Source: Octopus bimaculoides (taxonomy: Eukaryota). From it: a stretch of 57,262 nucleotides of DNA. The stretch lies in the NCBI RefSeq assembly GCF_001194135.2, contig NC_068990.1, forward strand, positions 92,533,474 through 92,590,735. Reading direction: 5' to 3'. Each line of letters starts with the position of its first letter. Positions within the stretch are counted from its first letter, which is position 1. A program made the translations under genes and the position numbers. The notes below the pieces were generated by a model. The model did no database searches, was not told where the DNA came from, and saw only the letters and a program-made list of their open reading frames with translations. Positions 49,966-57,262 of the stretch are shown here, piece by piece.

Positions 49966-51559
49966 TTCACTTAGAATTAGTTATATTATTAATTAAGTTC
50001 AATCGTGTTTGTTTTGTTTTGGAAAGAATATATTTATAACTATGGAAGGTTGGTGGGGATATTATCTGTAAGGGCTAGGTTACTATTTAGATAATTTAGG
50101 AGTTAGTTATAGGTTTACTTATTGAATTATTAATTTACCGATACTGTTTTTGTACATAGGTTAAATGTGGTTTCTTTGTTGTAGTTTAATTAATAATGTT
50201 AGTGTTTAATCCTTCCTAGAATTAAGATTGAATGAATGTGGTCATATCTAAGGTATGTTTCTTCTCAAACAACACTTATTTTAGTGCTGTTGACACCACC
50301 GGATTGAATGGTACTGCCTAGGTGTCAAAACCATAATGATATCTGTGGGGCAGCTGATGATGGAGGTGTGTTGGATTGTTGGTATGGCTGTTATTGTATG
50401 TGCGGAACGATAATAATAATAATGTTGATGATGATTATGATGATAAGTTTTAACATCTGTTGGTCTGTATGTCAATTCAACTGCTGAAATATTATCGTTG
50501 CTGGATCAAATACAAATTAAACCTACACTAAATTTTATATAAAATCACATATAATAATAAGTAGTTATCTGAGAAAATAGCTATTTTGCATACACTACAA
50601 TGATTTTTCGGATCAATATCTCTCTCATTCTCTCTTACTATTTAAAAAACACTTTACCAAACCTCTTCCATCCTCTTTTCCTTGTTATTGTTGTCAGTAG
50701 TTAGTATTTATCTATTTAAAAGTTTATTAAATGAGACTCAAGTGAAACTTTTTGTTCCAACCTTTTTAGCTATAAAATTAGTTGAATTCCATTCCATGAC
50801 ATTCATTCACCATTTTCCAGTTGTTTCTTTTCTTGTATGTTTTTGATTTACTTATTGAATCTACTTAACTGTTGTTTAAGGATTTCTATTTGTGTTATAC
50901 AAATGTCGCTGTGTGTGTGTGTGTACATGTAGTAGTATGTTTGTGTGTGGTTGTGGCTGTATGTGTATCTAGCTGTAACAGTATTTATGTGTGTGGCTGT
51001 GGCTCTATAAATATAACAGTTTGTATGTGGTTGCAGCTGTATATGTGTAGACGGTTGTGATTGTGTATGTTTGTAGATGTAGCAGTATGACTTTGTGTGT
51101 GTGTGTATGTAGAACTGTGGATACCCGTGTGCATTGTACTCATTTTAACCCTTTCATTATGTTTTGTGTTTAGTTTGTAGTAAAATATAATGGTGGGTAT
51201 TAAGGAATGGTGAGTCGTAGGGTAGATTTATTTTTACCTGCTTTCCATTGTAGAAATAAGGAGAGGTGGTTCTTTTTTATTATTTCATGTTGTTTTCTTT
51301 TTCAAATGTTGAATCAAGAATATAATTCCAAGAAGTTAACAATAACATTAACATCACCTATTTGTTATTTTTTTCTTCAGGTAACTTATTGATATTTAAG
51401 TTTCTTTGGAGTGGAGGAATTCTTGTTGTTCATTCTGTTTGAGGGAAAACAGTAGATTCTTGTCTGTAAGGGTTTATCAATGGATGTGATTGGTTATTTA
51501 AATGTATCAGTTGTGTTGCTAAGATTACTCGGCATATGCTGGCCTTGCAGTTAACGTAT

Positions 51560-51890
51560 TGTAGTGACCACATGGTTGCTATGTGGTTAAGATACTTGAC
51601 TACATGTTGGCAGTGTGTGGTACTATTGACCACATGGTATATCTATGGTTAAGGTACTCTACCATTGACCACATGATGATGGTGGGATTATAGTACAGCA
51701 ATACTGAACAGAGGATCATCAGTTCACATTCACCATTATTGAAGTCAGCTTTACAATAGTTGAGGTAATGGATTTTTGATCACTTGATCACCAGTTCAGA
51801 GCCTTACTGTAGTTTGACCACTTGACCACCAGTTCAGAACCTTACTGCAGTTAAGGTGTTCCATTATTGACGACATGGTCATAAGTTCAA
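51560..51890. repeat. Degenerate ~38-bp minisatellite
   Basis: Recurrent TTGACCACATGG / GTTAAGGTAC, and a clean 38-bp duplication at 51776-51851. Confidence 0.75.
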
Positions 51891-51904
51891 GCCGTACCAC
51901 TATA

Positions 51905-52130
51905 GTGTGAGCTGGATAGGTTTCCACTTCACCAATGCATTCCTGCATATTGGTATGGGTTAGACTATACCTCAACACACCATTCCACACTGGCATGGAT
52001 TCGATTGATCTGTATGTCATCAGTATACCATTCCCTGCTGGCATGGTTGGATAGATCTCTCATCAGTGCATTGTTCTTTGCTGGTATGGGTTGGATAAGT
52101 CTGCCTTTCATCAGCACATTATTCCATACC
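51905..52130. repeat. Degenerate ~45-bp minisatellite, about 5 units
   Basis: Recurrent (C/T)TGG(C/T)ATGG(G)TT(G)GATAG...CATCAG..CATT. Confidence 0.7.
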
Positions 52131-52649
52131 TGACTGCTCCTGCTAATAACCTGTACATCTGTTATATCCGAAATGTTCTTTCTGTCATTCTTTCTAAGTA
52201 CTTTCTGCATCTTTTGCTTACACTGAGTACATTGCATTGAGTTCCTGTGTCCTCTCCTCTCGTGTGTGTGGGATGTTGACTCTGATGATGTATAAGAGAG
52301 ATTGACTGTGATGGGCTGGGGTTATGTACTCTGTGATGGGCTGGGGTCATGTACTCTGTTGGAAATGTGTACTTTGGTCTCTACCTGCTGCATGTACTTT
52401 CTTTACACCCAATCACATCCATACACTTTCTCCTACATATGCACACACATTATATTCACTGATGTCCACTCACACATCTTTATGATAATCCTTACATTTA
52501 CTGAGACAACAAATGAGACTACAATTTAAAAATAGGATAGAGATAGAGGATTACAAGATTTTCTTCACATATTTATACAAGTTTTTTTACTTATAAAATT
52601 ACTATTTTTAAATCTCACAACGAGAGATATCCAGCAACAGTACTTTGTC

Positions 52650-53114
52650 GTAAAGATTGTTTGCCAACATAACATGGCAGTCTTGGTTTAGGATGAATGT
52701 TGCTGTAATTTAGCCCCAGCAGACATCATCTCCAGCTGGCTAAACGACATGATCTGTGTCCTTATATTTTTTGAACAAGGGAATCTAGCACCCCCCACTC
52801 AGCTCAAAACAATATCTAATTTATAAATCAGTGACTAGTTGTCACTTTGGAAACTATATATTTCGAATGGGAATTTGGCAGCGCCACCTCTAGCTGAACA
52901 ATTATTCTGTGCTGATGAAGGGAAATAACCCGGAAATCGTGGTACACAGATATTGTTTTGAGCTGAGTGGGGGGTGCTAGATTCCCTTGTTTGAAAATAT
53001 AAGGACACAGATCATGTCGTATAGCCAACTGGAGATGATGTCTCCTGGGGTTAAATTGCAGCAACATTTGTCCTAAACCAGGACTGCCATGTTATGTTGG
53101 CAAACAATCTTTAC
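52650..53114. repeat. Long inverted repeat, arms 52650-52817 and 52948-53114
   Basis: The arms are reverse complements with about 11 differences in ~168 bp by manual comparison. The spacer is 130 nt. Confidence 0.96.
52906..52950 (+). ncRNA. Type I minimal hammerhead ribozyme (PLE/retrozyme type)
   Basis: TCTGTG (stem I) - CTGATGA - A GGG AAATAA CCC G (stem II) - GAAA - TCGTGG (quasi-palindromic stem III) - TA^ - CACAGA (stem I'). Predicted cleavage after GUA at 52944. Confidence 0.85.
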
Positions 53115-53169
53115 TACAAGTTTGTCACTTGTAGTAGTAGTTTATATACCTTCATTGCTATTGTCAGTG

Positions 53170-53385
53170 ATGCAATGTTTGCTTTTCCATGCTTGCATGG
53201 GTGGGATGGCGCTTCGATGGTCTGATGTCCTTCCTGTTGCCAACTCATTCCTGTTTACAAGTAAGGTAATATTTCTGCATAACTAGACTTCATTTTACAG
53301 AGAATGGAAAACAAACAACACTGCTTGTATGATAATGTCAATCATTTACAACTATCATGTGACATCACAAGACAAAGGGATACAC
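53170..53385 (-). mobile_element. SINE family C 3' half, antisense
   Basis: TTTTCCATGCTTGCATGGGT...CTGATGTCCTTCCTGTTGCC reverse tail. Confidence 0.78.
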
Positions 53386-53404
53386 CTCCCCACTAACATT
53401 GTGT

Positions 53405-53797
53405 GTACAGGTTTGGTTGTGTGATAAGAAGATTGCTTCCCAACCACATGGTTCTGGGTTCAGTCTCATCACGTGGCACCTTGGGCAAGCATCTTCTACT
53501 ATAGCCCCCAATCAACTAAAACCTTATCTGTGGATTTGGTAGAGAGAAACTGAAAGAACTCCATTGTGTGTGTGTCTTTGTTTTGACATTGCATAGTAGT
53601 TGTAAAATGGTTGCCGCTGTCATACAGTCATTCATTTCCAATATTCTGCAAGAACATGTCTAGTCATGAGAAAATGTTACCTTGCTTGGAAACAGGTGGT
53701 AACAGGAAGGGCAGCTGGCCATAGAAAATCTGCTTCAATAAACTCTGTCCAACCCATGCAAGCATCAAAAGGTGAATGGTAAAATGATGATGATAAT
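53405..53797 (+). mobile_element. SINE family C, full length
   Basis: Head with GGGTTCAGTCTC and CACCTTGGGCAAGC, tail ending (ATG)n. Confidence 0.88.
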
Positions 53798-53959
53798 CAG
53801 GTGGGGTCCCAGGAATTTTTCAAAGCAAGGGCACAAGGTCAGAAGAGAATACAATTCCAGGAGAAAAGGATGTAATAACATTACTTAGAAGGGTGCACTT
53901 CTTTTCTTGAGTGGGGAGGCACATGCCCCTCAGCACCCCACCCCTTGGGTTTGCCCATG
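53798..53959. mobile_element. Probable hAT-type MITE inserted in the SINE tail
   Basis: CAGGTGGGGTCCCAGG...TTGGGTTTGCCCATG are degraded TIRs. Flanks are ATGATAAT and ATGATATA. Confidence 0.5.
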
Positions 53960-54599
53960 ATGATATATTTACATCGAGATACGATGGGCTTCTCTTAGAT
54001 TCTGCTTACCAAATCTACTCAATAGCCTTTGCTTGGTGCCTGGGTTTGTTGGGAAGCAAACTTCTTAACCATACATCCATACCTGTGCCTGTGCCTTATG
54101 CACCCCCCACTGCACATATATGACGTGCTTCTTTTTTGTTTACCAAATCCACTGACAAATCCATGCTGTAGAACTAAACCATATGGTTGGGTATCAAACT
54201 TCTTAACTACATAGTTATGCCTCCTATATTTATCTATCTATCTATGATAAATAGATAGAGGATAAGAGAAAAGGTGAGTATCCTGTATTGTTATAGATTA
54301 TAAAATATTCCACAATCTTGTTTGCTGATGATTAGTGACTCACTAACCCTAACCATTATTTCCAATGATTGTGTTGGACATGAATGGCTTACCCCAAGGT
54401 CAAGGTCACCTTTCAGTCATAGATTTCTTATTGGCAGACGTCAGAAAAACATGACAGAACTAAGAATGATTGCTTCCTTTTCTTTTCTTTGGTGCGTGTG
54501 ATAAAAGACTGCTTTTGTGCTGGAAAAGATCACGTAATGTCATAAACTCTCAGGGTTAATGGCAAGGAGTTTCCTTAATTGATCCAACATTTAAATTTA

Positions 54600-54655
54600 C
54601 CAACCAATCAACAAACCAACCAACCAACCAGCCAGCCAGCCAGCCAACCAACCAG
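54600..54655. repeat. (CCAA/CCAG)n tetranucleotide repeat
   Basis: Read directly. Confidence 0.9.
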
Positions 54656-55279
54656 AGAATCCTAAGTGTTGTTGAATGTAAACACCTGAGAAGATAGGTT
54701 ACCTTAATTATTGAATAAGGTGTGATTTAATGAAAAGGGAATTATGGTTTAGAAGATTAGAAAGCAAACTGTAAAGGCTGTTGGAATTAGTTAGAATTGT
54801 GGGAATGTGTTGTACATGTGTAATGGTTATAGAAGATACAAATATTGAAATTTATAAATATTATCTTTTCAGAAAACACCCAGAAAATACATTTCAATGT
54901 TGACCAAGAAAATTATGTTTGAAGAGCTTCAGTAGAACTAGTGGCAAAGATCGATCACTTAGTTGAGAGCTCCTACACATTATATTCCAATTATTAAGTA
55001 CCAATTAGTAGCAATGGCTCAGTAGACAGTAGTAAAAGCAATAAGTGGTTGGTTAATGATCTATATTAATGAGTTCTAGTTTCACTTAGTCTTTTGTGTA
55101 TCTCATCTGTGGCAACCATATTGTTTGCATATGAGAGGTGCTTTTGGACTTCCACTAGAGTTTCCTCAGGTTTCTTCCTAACCAGCATGGATACAGGTGA
55201 ACCAATGAGGAAGGCAATATGTAGTCAATGCCCCTTCTAGAAATAATAATGATCTATACTGATATAAACAGGATATTTT

Positions 55280-55540
55280 ATGATACATGACTTCAGGTTC
55301 AATCTCACTGTATGGCTTCTTTTACAAGTATGTTTTACTATGGGCCTGGTCTTGTGAATGGATTTCATAGCAGAAACTGAAAGAAGCCCATTGTGTATGT
55401 GTGTGTGTGTGTGTGTGTTTGTATCTCCTTGTCTTGACAGTTCTTGATAATTGTAAATGGATATAATCTTCATACAAGTGATGTCATTTGTTTGCAATAT
55501 TTTGGGAAAACATGTCTGGCCATGGGAAAATAGTGCCTTC
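55280..55540 (+). mobile_element. SINE family C, partial
   Basis: GGTTCAATCTCACTG head, GAAACTGAAAGAAGCCC, TG linker, CATGTCTGGCCATGGG. Confidence 0.75.
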
Positions 55541-55724
55541 ATCTCGCATTGTTCTGCGATCACTTCAGCACCTGATGCATGGTACACCTGTGTGCACCTG
55601 TCGATTTGATGGAGGGAGTGAGCTAATGTGTGGCACTTGAATTTGATCACAATAAAAAGAATCATTTGTGCAGGTCGTTGGGGAGAAAGGCTGAAAACTC
55701 ATGTGTTGTTTTGGACAGGAGAGT

Positions 55725-55895
55725 CGTTAGGTGCAGGCATGGTTATGTGGTTAACAAATTTACTTCCTAACCGAGTTGTTTCAGTTTCAGTTGTACTCTG
55801 TGGCACCTGAAGCATGTGTCTTCTACTATAACCCTGGGCTGACCAAAAGCTTGTGAGTGGATCTGATAGATAGAAACTGAAAGAAGCCTGTCATA
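55725..55895 (+). mobile_element. SINE family C head
   Basis: GGCATGGTTATGTGGTTAAC...GTGGCACCTGAAGCATGTGTCTTCTACTATA. Confidence 0.75.
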
Positions 55896-55981
55896 TATAT
55901 ATGACAGGTAACATCAGTAAAGTCAAACTATAAACATCATTTACAGTGGATTACAAGTATAGGTGGAACACAAACACAGAA

Positions 55982-56063
55982 CACCTATGGCCATTTTGGG
56001 GGTATATCACCATATTTAGGGCACAATAGAGCACAAATTGGTGATAATCCCTTCTTCAGGATA
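55982..56063 (-). ncRNA. Degenerate type I hammerhead ribozyme in the PLE terminal repeat
   Basis: Minus strand TATC-CTGAAGA-AGGGAT TATCACCA...TGGTGATA TACCCCC-AAAA(for GAAA)-TGGCCA-TA-GGTG. Confidence 0.6.
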
Positions 56064-56159
56064 AAAAAAGACACACAGACATCAACGAAGTCACCAGTTA
56101 AACAAAAAAGTTTTATAATTATGAGAGCAAGCTTAAATAAATAATAATATGGACTAGAC

Positions 56160-56206
<47 letters not shown>

Positions 56207-56375
56207 ATCTAATTTTTAGTATACCCTTCAGAATAGTCAGGCAGGTTTTGTAACTAAAGACTATTGGGTTTCAAATCCAACGTAAGCCATGATGAAAAAT
56301 AAATAAAAAATAAATACTACCATTGTATCCATATTTTTATTATTATTTTAATATCAATATTTTTGTCTTTTTATT

Positions 56376-56930
56376 TTAATTTTTATTTCTATCATTACCA
56401 TTACTACCATTATTACCACTACTAATACTATTATTTTTGTTCTTATTTCTATTTTTATATAGTTTTAGGATGGTGGAAGAAAATTTATGATTGCAAAAAG
56501 GGATTACCTCGATAAACTTATTCAAGGTTTTTGGCCCAAAAGACCTAAGAATGGAAAGGGATTCCCTAATGCATAATANNNNNNNNNNNNNNNNNNNNNN
56601 NNNNNNNNNNNNNNNNNNNNNNNNNNNNNNNNNNNNNNNNNNNNNNNNNNNNNNNNNNNNNNNNNNNNNNNNNNNNNNNNNNNNNNNNNNNNNNNNNNNN
56701 NNNNNNNNNNNNNNNNNNNNNNNNGTACTTCTTATTCCTCCTCTTGAGGTCATGCAGGTAAGAGGCGAGTGTTGTGGAATTATAATATTTCTCATTAGAA
56801 AAGGAACTCATGTGCGCCCTATACCTGGCTTTAAAATTCACTGAACTTCCAATATAAAACTTATTTTGTTTGTCCTCGTCTCTAACTACGCATTTATACA
56901 CTACGTTTGTGGACAAAGTCCATCGAGATA
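56376..56930 (-). mobile_element. Penelope-like element GIY-YIG endonuclease C-terminus (spans an N gap)
   Basis: STNVVYKCVV....KFYIGSSVNFKARYRAHMSSFSNEKYYNSTTLASYLHDLK...LCIRESLSIL....LNK......CNHK. Confidence 0.88.
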
Positions 56931-56939
56931 CGGGAAAAT

Positions 56940-57262
56940 CCTAATATGGGAACATTTAAAACAAAAGTTTCACAACCCAGAATAAGAGAAATGATTTGGT
57001 TTGCCCCCCCCCTTTTTTTCCTCAGGGTAAGAAACTTACCAAAAATGTTCTTTAGGATCTTAGAAAATAATTTTCAATGGACCACAAATACTACAGTATT
57101 TGTAACAGGTCTACAGTTAAGTGTTCCTACTCTGGAATGCCAAATTTAGAATCCATTATTGCCTCTTTAAATAGGAATAAAATAAATAAGTTAAAGCTAT
57201 GCGAATGTCCGCCGTAAAAAAATTAGGTAATTGTAGGGACCCTTCTTTATGTCCTCTTGACG
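56940..57262 (+). mobile_element. Penelope-like element linker segment, inverted relative to the adjacent endonuclease segment
   Basis: IWFAPP...FFRILENNF, then after a frameshift DHKYYSICNRSTVKCSYSGMPNLESII, and GNCRDPSLCPLD at the window end. Confidence 0.85.

Noticed and set aside
49970-50500. Possible further retroelement coding relic on the minus strand
   Set aside because: No diagnostic motif could be recovered with confidence.
56136-56204. AATAAA 19 nt before a 44-nt poly(A) run, suggesting a processed retrocopy end
   Set aside because: No TSD or coding body upstream. It lies between the PLE ORF end and its ribozyme on the opposite strand, so it is more simply a poly(T) run in the PLE terminal region.

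Overview
Eukaryotic genomic DNA from a draft assembly with several N gaps. It is AT-rich and saturated with microsatellites, SINEs and transposon debris. The SINE and LINE-tail families and the (TA)/(CA) density look like an octopod cephalopod (Octopus), which is an inference from repeat recognition. The only host coding sequence I can support is a 5' coding exon of a diacylglycerol kinase theta-like gene on + (ATG 855, first half of a C1 domain, GTAAGT donor at 1108). Its frame stays open through about 850 nt of trinucleotide repeats to the left window edge. I found no second exon, so the remaining ~56 kb appears to be one intron. That intron holds tRNA-derived SINEs, RTE-clade and R4/Dong-like LINE remnants, several Penelope-like element (PLE) remnants, a hAT Buster-type transposase relic, and hAT, Tc2-like and piggyBac-like MITEs. 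The most striking item is a type I hammerhead ribozyme with an intact catalytic core (52906-52950, +) in the loop of a ~168-bp-arm inverted repeat. A second, decayed hammerhead (55982-56063, -) lies downstream of a PLE GIY-YIG ORF. Several other long foldbacks and inverted SINE pairs would form dsRNA in the pre-mRNA. Repeat boundaries are approximate and were read by eye. Most ORF-track entries are microsatellite or N-gap artefacts.
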